Source: Escherichia phage vB_EcoM-101112UKE3-1. From it: a DNA stretch of 64,000 nt. The first letter of the stretch is position 1; each line of letters opens with the position of its first letter. Shown here piece after piece: positions 54,733-64,000 of this stretch. The notes below the pieces were generated by a model. That model had not been told where the DNA came from, did not search any database, and worked only from the letters and a program-made list of their open reading frames with translations. Made by a program: the position numbers and the translations under genes. Where the stretch lies: the sequence record MZ234013.1. The stretch is one strand, 5' to 3'.

Positions 54733-54736
<4 letters not shown>
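54506..54736 (+). CDS. hypothetical protein, 76 aa
   Basis: ORF. Confidence 0.45.
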
Positions 54737-55954
<1,218 letters not shown>

Positions 55955-55955
<1 letters not shown>

Positions 55956-56152
55956 TGGCTTGGCACCATGAAACTTGGGCTATTGTTATTGTAAATAGCG
56001 GTTTAGTTGGTACTAGTAATGGGCAATTTTGTGTATTTACTAGTGAAAATAGAGCATGGGAGGAATGCCTTAAATTAAGAGAAAAGAATCCTGATGTTGA
56101 ACTAGTAGTAAAGAAAACTAAACTGCCTTTACCATGGAAAACGTATGAATAA
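55955..56152 (+). CDS. hypothetical protein, 65 aa
   Basis: ATG overlapping pseT stop. Confidence 0.45.
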
Positions 56153-56345
56153 CCTAGAAAAGATTTATCGTCTTTGTGATAAAATTGAAAAAGAAAAGAA
56201 ATATCTATTTTGTCTATGGCCTATTGTTGACGGAAGAGTAGGCCTAGATGTTCTTGATTATGAAACAGAAGACAAAGTAGATGGCGCAACTTTTGATAAC
56301 GCTTTGGATGTTATTGATTGGCTTGAAGAAAATTATGTGAGGTAA
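56145..56345 (+). CDS. hypothetical protein, 66 aa
   Basis: ORF. Confidence 0.45.
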   Translation: MNNLEKIYRLCDKIEKEKKYLFCLWPIVDGRVGLDVLDYETEDKVDGATFDNALDVIDWLEENYVR

Positions 56346-56347
56346 AT

Positions 56348-56623
56348 ATGTTTCCGACTTACTCTAAAATCGTAGAAGTAGTGTTTAGCCAAATTATCGC
56401 TAATAATATGTTTGAAAAACTTGATAACGCAGCTGAGCTTCGAATCCATGCTCAAGTGACTCATGTATTGAACACTTTGCTTCCAGACCAGGTGGATTCT
56501 GTTGCCATCACGTTGTATCCAGGTTCCGCGCATATCATTGTCGTATTCGGTCTTGATGCTGAGCTAGTCATCAAAGGCGATATTCGCTTTGAATCACAGA
56601 CATCAGAATTCAAAGCAATTTAA
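56348..56623 (+). CDS. hypothetical protein, 91 aa
   Basis: ORF. Confidence 0.45.
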   Translation: MFPTYSKIVEVVFSQIIANNMFEKLDNAAELRIHAQVTHVLNTLLPDQVDSVAITLYPGSAHIIVVFGLDAELVIKGDIRFESQTSEFKAI

Positions 56624-56624
56624 A

Positions 56625-56654
56625 GTTTACTTTACGGTAGAGTTGTGATATTAT
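56625..56654 (+). promoter_or_regulatory. T4-type early promoter
   Basis: GTTTAC then 18 nt then TATTAT. Confidence 0.55.
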
Positions 56655-56684
56655 AGCTCTACCAAAACAAACGAGGAAATTGAA

Positions 56685-57212
56685 ATGAGCGAATGGTTTG
56701 AAGAAGATAAGGTTTATCGCTTTAAAACTGGGTATAAAGATATTTTTAATGAAACTTGCGGGGCTAATAAACGAATTGCCCAGTTTATTGGGGAAAATTC
56801 ATTTAAAGTAAAAATAGATCCTGCGAAAAATGTTATTAGCATTAAACGCGAAATTGATGACTGCTGGTATAAAGCTGTTGATGTAATGGGCGAATCCTAT
56901 AAAGTTAGCCCGTTATTTTCAATTGCTTATATGTTAGAATATTCTTTTTTCGAAGAAGTTCAAAAAGATGATTCTGCCAGTAAATTTGAAATTAAAACTG
57001 ATAAAGAAATTAAGTGGAAAGTAGTAGGTATTACTGGTTGTATGTTTTATATCTATGCTCAAACTGATACGAAGGAAGAAGCTAAAAATAAAGCTCTAGA
57101 ATATCTTGAAGAGTATGAAGAAGGTCCGGTAATGATTACTCAAGATGCTGAATTAGTTTCTGTCAAATTAGTTAAAAACGTTGAAAGTAAGGAGCTGGGA
57201 TCAACATGCTAA
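56685..57212 (+). CDS. hypothetical protein, 175 aa
   Basis: ORF with GAGGA SD. Confidence 0.5.
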   Translation: MSEWFEEDKVYRFKTGYKDIFNETCGANKRIAQFIGENSFKVKIDPAKNVISIKREIDDCWYKAVDVMGESYKVSPLFSIAYMLEYSFFEEVQKDDSASKFEIKTDKEIKWKVVGITGCMFYIYAQTDTKEEAKNKALEYLEEYEEGPVMITQDAELVSVKLVKNVESKELGSTC

Positions 57213-57442
57213 GTGAAAAACCAATTACTGTTAAAGAATTCCAAGAAAAAGTTAAACTATTTGCACAGGAATTAGTAAATAAGGTTTCTGAACGATTTCC
57301 TGAAACGTCGGTTCGTGTTATTACCGAAACTCCTCGTTCAGTATTAGTAATTGTGAATCCAGGTGATGGCGATCAAATATCGCATCTTAAACTGGATTTT
57401 GATGGATTAGTTGAAGCACAAAGGGTGTATGGCGTACTATGA
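57206..57442 (+). CDS. hypothetical protein, 78 aa
   Basis: ORF. Confidence 0.45.
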   Translation: MLSEKPITVKEFQEKVKLFAQELVNKVSERFPETSVRVITETPRSVLVIVNPGDGDQISHLKLDFDGLVEAQRVYGVL

Positions 57443-57777
57443 TGAATTTAACTGATATAATTGATAATTGTCTTGAAAATGATACTGGCGATCATAGAGC
57501 GCTTGACTCTGAAACAGTACAGTTCATTAGAATAACTTTAATGAATGACACTCTAGTGAATAGTATTCATCCTTCTGTGTATGATGCTATTATTGTGACG
57601 AAGTATCCAGTTGAGCTTCACAAAAAGATGGTTGGCGCAATTTTTATTGATAAGAAAAACCGCTTTAAAGATGGGCAGAATATAATTAGTTCTGTTATTA
57701 AAAGTATAACTAAACTTCGTCACGAAATTTATCGTGTTGAAACTGCTAAATCTGCTTATCTGGTGATTATGAAATGA
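57439..57777 (+). CDS. hypothetical protein, 112 aa
   Basis: ORF. Confidence 0.45.
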   Translation: MMNLTDIIDNCLENDTGDHRALDSETVQFIRITLMNDTLVNSIHPSVYDAIIVTKYPVELHKKMVGAIFIDKKNRFKDGQNIISSVIKSITKLRHEIYRVETAKSAYLVIMK

Positions 57778-58355
57778 AAGCGAGTACAGTACTTCAAATT
57801 GCATATTTAGTATCACAAGAATCAAAATGTTGCTCCTGGAAGGTAGGAGCAGTAATTGAAAAGAATGGACGTATTATTTCTACTGGGTATAATGGTTCAC
57901 CCGCAGGGGGTGTGAACTGTTGTGATTATGCTGCTGAGCAAGGTTGGTTGCTGAATAAACCTAAACATACTATCATTCAAGGTCATAAGCCTGAATGTGT
58001 ATCATTTGGTTCAACTGATCGCTTTGTCTTGGCGAAAGAACATCGTAGTGCTCACTCGGAATGGTCATCTAAAAATGAAATTCATGCTGAACTAAATGCG
58101 ATTTTGTTTGCTGCACGAAATGGTTCTTCAATTGAAGGTGCTACTATGTATGTAACACTTTCTCCTTGTCCGGATTGTGCAAAAGCGATAGCTCAATCTG
58201 GTATTAAAAAGCTGGTTTATTGCGAAACATATGATAAAAATAAACCTGGCTGGGATGATATTCTGCGAAATGCAGGTATTGAAGTGTTTAATGTTCCTAA
58301 GAAAAACTTGAATAAGTTAAACTGGGAAAATATCAACGAATTCTGTGGTGAATAA
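57774..58355 (+). CDS. cd: dCMP deaminase, 193 aa
   Basis: Zinc-binding deaminase motifs HAE and PCxxC; matches T4 Cd length. Confidence 0.9.
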   Translation: MKASTVLQIAYLVSQESKCCSWKVGAVIEKNGRIISTGYNGSPAGGVNCCDYAAEQGWLLNKPKHTIIQGHKPECVSFGSTDRFVLAKEHRSAHSEWSSKNEIHAELNAILFAARNGSSIEGATMYVTLSPCPDCAKAIAQSGIKKLVYCETYDKNKPGWDDILRNAGIEVFNVPKKNLNKLNWENINEFCGE

Positions 58356-58591
58356 TGAAATTTCGTTTGGTACAACTCACAGCAATTAGTTCTTATTCCA
58401 ACGAGAACATTTCATTTGCTGTAGAGTATAAGAAATATTTTTTCTCTAAATGGAAGCAGTATTATAAGTCAGAATGGGTTTGTATTGATAGACCATATAG
58501 TTGGAAATCTGATTTAGAAAAATGCCAAAAATTACTTTCCACCCTTAAAGAACGTGGAACAACTCATATTAAAACTGTAATAGGTAAATAA
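58355..58591 (+). CDS. hypothetical protein, 78 aa
   Basis: ORF. Confidence 0.45.
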   Translation: MKFRLVQLTAISSYSNENISFAVEYKKYFFSKWKQYYKSEWVCIDRPYSWKSDLEKCQKLLSTLKERGTTHIKTVIGK

Positions 58592-58900
58592 ATGAAACTG
58601 ACAACTGAGCAGAAAGTAGCAATTCGTGAAATTTTGAAAACTAAATTGTCCATGGGTGTTTCAAACGTAGTTTTTGAAAAGTCTGACGGTACTATTCGTG
58701 TTATGAAAGGTACTCGCGACGCGGACTTTATGCCAACCATGCAAACTGGCAAATTGACTGAATCTACTCGGAAAGAATCTACTGACATGATTCCGGTATT
58801 TGATGTTGAGCTTGGTGCATGGCGAGGTTTTTCTATTGACAAATTGATTTCCGTTAATGGTATGAAAGTTGAGCATTTGCTTCAATTTATTGGTAAATAA
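58592..58900 (+). CDS. hypothetical protein, 102 aa
   Basis: ORF. Confidence 0.5.
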   Translation: MKLTTEQKVAIREILKTKLSMGVSNVVFEKSDGTIRVMKGTRDADFMPTMQTGKLTESTRKESTDMIPVFDVELGAWRGFSIDKLISVNGMKVEHLLQFIGK

Positions 58901-58956
58901 ATGCTTTAAGAATTATTTGTTATTATTAATTCATCTGTTAACAAAAAGGAAAAACG

Positions 58957-59292
58957 ATGTCTGAAGTACAACAGCTACCAATTCGTGCTGTCGGTGAATA
59001 TGTTATTTTAGTTTCTGAACCTGCACAAGCCGGTGATGAAGAAGTTACAGAATCAGGACTTATTATCGGTAAACGTGTTCAAGGTGAAGTTCCTGAACTG
59101 TGTGTAGTTCACTCTGTCGGTCCTGATGTTCCTGAAGGTTTCTGCGAAGTTGGCGATTTGACTTCTCTTCCAGTTGGTCAAATTCGAAATGTTCCGCATC
59201 CTTTTGTAGCTCTGGGTCTTAAGCAGCCAAAAGAAATTAAACAAAAATTCGTTACCTGTCACTATAAAGCTATTCCGTGTCTTTATAAGTGA
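58957..59292 (+). CDS. 31: co-chaperonin gp31 (GroES-like), 111 aa
   Basis: Sequence matches T4 gp31. Confidence 0.9.
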
Positions 59293-59300
59293 TATAAATA
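59293..59300 (+). promoter_or_regulatory. T4 late promoter TATAAATA upstream of rIII
   Basis: Exact box immediately after gene 31 stop. Confidence 0.5.
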
Positions 59301-59439
59301 ATAATATGAATTGGGTGTCGGAATAATAAGTTAACCGAACAATTCTATGTGGTAGTCTACAACTGAGAGATCTGTCGAAAGAAGATGAAATTCAGAAGAA
59401 CGTGACTACCGAGTTTTAATCTCTAACGAGAATTTTTAA

Positions 59440-59688
59440 ATGATTAAACAATTACAACACGCTCTTGAACTGCAACGAAACGCATGGAATAATGGTCACG
59501 AAAACTATGGCGCATCTATTGATGTTGAAGCCGAAGCTCTTGAAATCCTGCGTTATTTCAAACATCTGAATCCTGCTCAAACTGCATTAGCTGCTGAGCT
59601 TCAGGAAAAAGATGAACTTAAATATGCTAAGCCTTTGGCTTCTGCTGCGCGAAAAGCAGTTCGTCACTTTGTGGTAACATTGAAGTAA
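59440..59688 (+). CDS. rIII: rIII lysis inhibition accessory protein, 82 aa
   Basis: Sequence and length match T4 rIII. Confidence 0.85.
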   Translation: MIKQLQHALELQRNAWNNGHENYGASIDVEAEALEILRYFKHLNPAQTALAAELQEKDELKYAKPLASAARKAVRHFVVTLK

Positions 59689-59932
59689 TTTATTGGAGAT
59701 TCACTGCCTTAGTGTGAGCTAAATCGAGGAGCCGTCGAACTGTCTGATTAATGATTTGCGAATCATTATAGTTTTAAGACCCCGGCAGTTTTACGGTGTA
59801 CATCTTGAATGTGAATGATGACGGGTTTATGGTTATCCTGGTCGTTAAATATCCAAAAACCTATGTTCCCCTTGAGGGCTTGCGCAGGCAATGCCAATAA
59901 GTCCTGCATTTTCATTTAAAAGAGAATTTATA

Positions 59933-60109
59933 ATGGCAAAACAAGCTAAAGCAAAGAAAGCAGTTGAAAAGAAAGTTGGTGATTCTAAACGCGCTGGCTA
60001 CAAGCGTGGGTCGAACTCTCGTATTAATCAAACTGTTGAGAAGATCATGCGTCGAGCACGTGCGGTTCTTCGAGATGATGCTTCTCGTTTTGGTAAGCAG
60101 AAAGCATAA
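59933..60109 (+). CDS. small highly basic protein, 58 aa
   Basis: ATG with GAGAA SD; Lys/Arg-rich. Confidence 0.5.
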   Translation: MAKQAKAKKAVEKKVGDSKRAGYKRGSNSRINQTVEKIMRRARAVLRDDASRFGKQKA

Positions 60110-60113
60110 GTTG

Positions 60114-60143
60114 AGGACTCCTTCGGGAGTCCTTTTTTATTTT
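60114..60143 (+). terminator. intrinsic terminator (GAGGACTCC-TTCG-GGAGTCC + T6)
   Basis: Hairpin plus U tract; same stem as the terminator at 6419. Confidence 0.75.
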
Positions 60144-60162
60144 CCAAAGATTGCACAAAGTT

Positions 60163-60192
60163 GTTTACAGTACGGTTCCTTTGTGATAGTAT
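60163..60192 (+). promoter_or_regulatory. T4-type early promoter
   Basis: GTTTAC then 18 nt then TAGTAT. Confidence 0.5.
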
Positions 60193-60219
60193 TATCTTAC
60201 ACAAACAAAGGAGAATAAA

Positions 60220-60552
60220 ATGAAAACGATTAATCTGAACGCTACAGTTAAAACTAAATGCTTCAATGGTAAATATGATGAAACTATGTGGTTCTTAATG
60301 GCAGTTGAAGGTGATATTATTGAAGTAGAAACAACAGAAGGTATGGGAACAGATTTCACCTTTACAATCCAAGTTCATAATTTCTTTACTGGTTGGATTT
60401 ATGAATTGAATACAGTAATCGTTGGAAAAATTGAACAAAATGAATTAGGTGAATGGTATTATGTTACAGCTCGCCAACGTGCCGAACGCTTAATTGAGAA
60501 GATGAAAAAAGTTGGTAAACTTGACATGAAGCATTGGAAAGTAGTAAAATAA
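60220..60552 (+). CDS. hypothetical protein, 110 aa
   Basis: ORF with GGAGAA SD. Confidence 0.5.
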   Translation: MKTINLNATVKTKCFNGKYDETMWFLMAVEGDIIEVETTEGMGTDFTFTIQVHNFFTGWIYELNTVIVGKIEQNELGEWYYVTARQRAERLIEKMKKVGKLDMKHWKVVK

Positions 60553-60554
60553 TT

Positions 60555-60583
60555 GTTTACTTTGGTACAGGATATGATATTAT
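60555..60583 (+). promoter_or_regulatory. T4-type early promoter
   Basis: GTTTAC then 17 nt then TATTAT. Confidence 0.45.
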
Positions 60584-60620
60584 ATATCTGTACCGCAATT
60601 AAACATCTCGGAGAATAAAA

Positions 60621-60986
60621 ATGAACTACATCAACTTTGAACGTAAATATGTTTCTAACGGTATTGCAGGTTCTATTGATACTATCTGCCTTTGGAAACA
60701 TCAAAATGGATCAGTATGCGAAATTGAACAGTATATGACTCCTAACTACGTTTATATGCGATTTGAAAATGGCATCACGGTTTCAATCACGAAAGAAGGT
60801 TCTTCTTTTAAAATCGCATTAGATGATGATTTTCGTCAACGTGATTTAGGGACTCATCCTTGCTGGAATGGCGTCAATCGTAAGCTTCTGGTTAAAACTT
60901 GGATTCGTCATATTCTGAGTAACAGAGCTAAACCTGAACATCTTGAAGCAATCTTTGATGTAGTTCTTAACGAATTTGATATTTAA
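60621..60986 (+). CDS. hypothetical protein, 121 aa
   Basis: ORF with GGAGAA SD. Confidence 0.5.
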   Translation: MNYINFERKYVSNGIAGSIDTICLWKHQNGSVCEIEQYMTPNYVYMRFENGITVSITKEGSSFKIALDDDFRQRDLGTHPCWNGVNRKLLVKTWIRHILSNRAKPEHLEAIFDVVLNEFDI

Positions 60987-61026
60987 AATAAAACAGGGGC
61001 TTTGGCCCCTTACTGAGGAAAATGTT

Positions 61027-61314
61027 ATGTTTATGACTACTTATTTTGATACCCGTAAAAACTTCTGCGAAGTAGTTTTCTCAAAGGCACCTAAAGACCT
61101 TCCTGCACATTTGCAACCTACTAGCGAATCGATTAAAAACTACGTTGATGTGGTTTGTCCTTTAGAGTTTCGTACTGTAAATGGGCGCGATACTTTAGCT
61201 ATCACTAAACTCAATCGCGAAATTGACATTGACCCTTCAATTGCGCGTGAAATTAACATTTCTGATATTGGCGGCGGTAATGTTAAATCGCACGGTTTTC
61301 AGATGAGGTTTTAA
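61027..61314 (+). CDS. hypothetical protein, 95 aa
   Basis: ATG with GAGGAAAA SD; track ORF starts upstream. Confidence 0.45.
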   Translation: MFMTTYFDTRKNFCEVVFSKAPKDLPAHLQPTSESIKNYVDVVCPLEFRTVNGRDTLAITKLNREIDIDPSIAREINISDIGGGNVKSHGFQMRF

Positions 61315-61511
61315 TGAAATTCTTTTTAGGTCAAACCGTTGAATTAAAGGGAGTTGGTATACCTGGATTAATTTCTAAGGTTTTACCTCCATTTAAATGG
61401 AGTGGTATTCAAATAAAAGAGGCTTATATTGTTTCCTGGGTAGATGGAAATGAAGACCTTCGTATGGGTGATGAATTATCTCCTATCTACGGATTAAAGG
61501 AATTAGTATGA
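61314..61511 (+). CDS. hypothetical protein, 65 aa
   Basis: ORF. Confidence 0.45.
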   Translation: MKFFLGQTVELKGVGIPGLISKVLPPFKWSGIQIKEAYIVSWVDGNEDLRMGDELSPIYGLKELV

Positions 61512-61714
61512 ATATAATTAATAAGATTTTTGGAATTCAGTACATTAAGGTCACATATAAAGTAACAGATAAAAATCCATATACCGATGAACATGAAGAA
61601 CCACAAATTGAGTCTATTATATTAGAAAAAGGCAGTGACTGGCCAGTTGAATTTCGTCTACCAAACTATGGTCATTGGGCTGATGTTGAAATTATAAGCA
61701 TTGAAAATGTCTGA
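61508..61714 (+). CDS. hypothetical protein, 68 aa
   Basis: ORF. Confidence 0.45.
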   Translation: MNIINKIFGIQYIKVTYKVTDKNPYTDEHEEPQIESIILEKGSDWPVEFRLPNYGHWADVEIISIENV

Positions 61715-62165
61715 GTTAGAGATTAGAAGTAATTTTAGGTGGCCATCATGTGCATTAAGTAATTTCGCCCATTGGCCTTTCGTTATGGATGGTATTCAAT
61801 TTGGAGGTCTTGAAGGATTCCTCCAAGGATGCAAGGTGAAAAACGTTGAACAACAACGTCGTATATTTGGGTTATCCGGGCTTGCCGCTCAACAAGCTGG
61901 AAGGTCTTATGCTAGAGCTCAGGACCGTGGGACCCTCTTCTGGCTTGGAGTTCCATTTTCAAGATACTCCCCGGCGTGGAAAGAATTATACACAAATGCA
62001 TATTTTGAAGCAGCGATTCAAAACAAGGGCTTTCGTGATGCATTACAAGCCTCGAAAGGAAAAGTTTTGAAGCACAGCATGGCTAGTGGTCTAACAAAAG
62101 ATGATACAATACTAACCGAAGCTGAATTTATTGATGTGTTAAACCTATTAAGAGACTCTCTATGA
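61707..62165 (+). CDS. NADAR-family (YbiA/DUF1768-like) protein, about 152 aa
   Basis: Motif SNFAHWPFVMDGIQFGGLEGFLQGCK parallels E. coli YbiA SNFAAWPIKVDGKTWPTSEHYFQAQK; start at ATG 61707 (track ORF starts at TTG 61701). Confidence 0.65.
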   Translation: MSELEIRSNFRWPSCALSNFAHWPFVMDGIQFGGLEGFLQGCKVKNVEQQRRIFGLSGLAAQQAGRSYARAQDRGTLFWLGVPFSRYSPAWKELYTNAYFEAAIQNKGFRDALQASKGKVLKHSMASGLTKDDTILTEAEFIDVLNLLRDSL

Positions 62166-63001
62166 AGCCTACTATTTTAACTGATATTGATGGAGTATGT
62201 TTAAGCTGGCAATCAGGTCTTCCTTATTTTGCTCAGAAATATAATCTTCCGTTAGAACATATTTTAAAAATGATCCAGGATGAGAAATTTATTTCTCCAG
62301 GTAAACTCTTTAATTGTGACGAAGAACTTGGCGTCAAGCTAATTGAAAAATACAATCGTTCAGATTTTATTCGTTACTTGTCTCCATATAAAGATGCTCT
62401 GTGTGTAATTAACAAATTAAAAGAAGATTATAATTTTGTAGCTGTTACAGCATTGGGTGATTCTATTGACGCTCTGCTGAATCGTCAATTTAATTTAAAC
62501 GCTCTTTTTCCTGGTGCCTTCTCAGAAGTACTGATGTGTGGTCATGATTCTTCAAAAGAAGAGTTGTTTAAAAAGGCAAAAGAGAAATATAACGTGATTT
62601 GTTATATTGACGATCTCGCTCACCATTGCGATCATGCGAGTGAAATATTAAATGTTCCTGTTTATTGGATGGCTCGAGGAGAGCGTGACAATATTCCAAA
62701 AACTGCTCAGCGAGTTTATACATGGAATGATGTAGAAAATAAGCTTTTTTCACCGAAGGAAAATAAAGAAAGTTTTGATAGTGAAAAAGCTATAAAAGAT
62801 GTAATTGAAAAGATGATTAAAAACGATTCTTTTCCTTGGAACACTACCTGGAGAACTCCTGGATTTAATCCTTATAATCATCCATATCATCCATATCAGA
62901 CGCATCCGTTTCAGACATGGAACTATATTAAACCCGGTGGCATAGAGTATTTGTATAATAGACCTACTGGTGCTAATAATATTTTCCAAGGAGCATTCTA
63001 A
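62162..63001 (+). CDS. HAD-superfamily hydrolase-like protein, 279 aa
   Basis: N-terminal motif LTDIDGV (DxDx[TV]); position upstream of gene 30. Confidence 0.55.
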   Translation: MKPTILTDIDGVCLSWQSGLPYFAQKYNLPLEHILKMIQDEKFISPGKLFNCDEELGVKLIEKYNRSDFIRYLSPYKDALCVINKLKEDYNFVAVTALGDSIDALLNRQFNLNALFPGAFSEVLMCGHDSSKEELFKKAKEKYNVICYIDDLAHHCDHASEILNVPVYWMARGERDNIPKTAQRVYTWNDVENKLFSPKENKESFDSEKAIKDVIEKMIKNDSFPWNTTWRTPGFNPYNHPYHPYQTHPFQTWNYIKPGGIEYLYNRPTGANNIFQGAF

Positions 63002-63270
63002 TGTTTGTTGTTCACACTATTTATGAAAATGAAGGTAATACTACACGTGATTACGGTCACGTAAATCAATTTTTTAGATGCAATCCAGAATTCCGAGCTC
63101 AAAAAGACGAACGAATTTTTAAAAAATGCGTAGAGCAAGGTTTCATTTACGTCAAGCACTGGATGCAAGGAAATAAAGTTAGAACCACGTACCACAGGTC
63201 TTTGACTGAGCTTAATGATGAATTGATTTATAATAGAGCTGTAAACCAAACTCTAAAGGATGAACAATGA
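63001..63270 (+). CDS. hypothetical protein, 89 aa
   Basis: ORF. Confidence 0.5.
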   Translation: MFVVHTIYENEGNTTRDYGHVNQFFRCNPEFRAQKDERIFKKCVEQGFIYVKHWMQGNKVRTTYHRSLTELNDELIYNRAVNQTLKDEQ

Positions 63271-64000
63271 TTCTTAAAATTCTGAACGAAATAGCATCTA
63301 TTGGTTCAACTAAGCAGAAGCAAGCAATTCTTGAAAAGAATAAAGATAATGAATTGCTTAAACGAGTATATCGTCTGACTTATTCTCGTGGGTTACAGTA
63401 TTATATCAAGAAATGGCCTAAACCTGGTATTGCTACCCAGAGTTTTGGAATGCTGACTATTACTGATATGCTTGACTTCATTGAATTTACATTAGCTACT
63501 CGAAAATTGACCGGAAATGCGGCAATTGAGGAATTAGTAGGTTATATTACTGACGGTAAAAAAGATGATGTTGAAGTTTTGCGTCGAGTGATGATGCGAG
63601 ACCTTGAATGTGGTGCTTCAGTATCTATTGCAAACAAAGTTTGGCCAGGTTTAATTCCTGAACAACCTCAAATGCTCGCAAGTTCTTATGATGAAAAAGG
63701 CATTAATAAGAATATCAAATTTCCAGCCTTTGCCCAGTTAAAAGCTGATGGAGCTCGGTGCTTTGCCGAAGTCAGAGGTGATGAATTAGATGACGTTCGT
63801 CTTTTATCACGAGCTGGTAATGAATATCTAGGATTAGATCTTCTTAAGGAAGAATTAATCAAAATGACCGCTGAAGCCCGCCAGATTCATCCAGAAGGCG
63901 TGTTAATTGATGGCGAATTGGTATACCATGAGCAAGTTAAAAAGGAGCCAGAAGGCCTAGATTTTCTTTTTGATGCTTATCCTGAAAACAGTAAAGCTAA
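63267..64000 (+). CDS. 30: ATP-dependent DNA ligase gp30, 3'-truncated by window edge
   Basis: Sequence matches T4 DNA ligase from MILKILNEIASIGSTKQKQ. Confidence 0.92.
   Translation, partial: MILKILNEIASIGSTKQKQAILEKNKDNELLKRVYRLTYSRGLQYYIKKWPKPGIATQSFGMLTITDMLDFIEFTLATRKLTGNAAIEELVGYITDGKKDDVEVLRRVMMRDLECGASVSIANKVWPGLIPEQPQMLASSYDEKGINKNIKFPAFAQLKADGARCFAEVRGDELDDVRLLSRAGNEYLGLDLLKEELIKMTAEARQIHPEGVLIDGELVYHEQVKKEPEGLDFLFDAYPENSKA

Noticed and set aside
59689-59932. tRNA gene in the structured rIII-downstream region
   Set aside because: No T-loop consensus (GTTCRANYC) or cloverleaf-compatible arm arrangement was found; in T4 the tRNA cluster lies elsewhere in the genome.

Overview
The window is a contiguous segment of a T4-like (T-even) phage genome. 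Identification is by direct recognition of many near-T4 protein sequences from memory, not by database search. The + strand carries a long run of early and middle genes in the T4 transcription order: 41, dmd, sp, 61, dam, 56, soc, modB, modA, dda, dexA, fused topoisomerase gene 39, rIIA, rIIB, denB, ndd, stp, ac, 52, motA, arn and asiA. The - strand carries the late lysis and tail-fibre block: holin t, a T2-type gp38 adhesin, then gp37, gp36, gp35 and gp34. The + strand then resumes with rnh, dsbA, 33, 59, 32, frd, td (interrupted by a group I intron), nrdA, an HNH endonuclease, nrdB, denA, rnlA, alc, pseT, cd, 31, rIII, a NADAR-family protein and the start of DNA ligase gene 30. Typical T4 early promoters (GTTTAC -35, TATAAT-like -10), late promoters (TATAAATA), GC-hairpin plus U-tract terminators and the gene 32 leader pseudoknot are visible. 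The architecture looks T2-like rather than T4-like: 39 and 60 are fused with no bypass element or mobA, 56 and soc are contiguous with no segF, and gp38 is the adhesin type. The best candidates for something undescribed are: (1) a two-gene insertion between 61 and dam, comprising a convergent small membrane protein and a 186-aa protein with a PD-(D/E)XK-like motif translationally coupled to Dam; (2) a 320-nt td intron that has lost its homing endonuclease but appears to keep the 3' end of the I-TevI reading frame; (3) a 68-aa ORF wedged between frd and td; (4) a perfect 55-bp tandem duplication; (5) an ORF-free, GC-elevated stretch downstream of rIII. All functional calls rest on motif-level and positional reasoning and need homology or structure searches to confirm.
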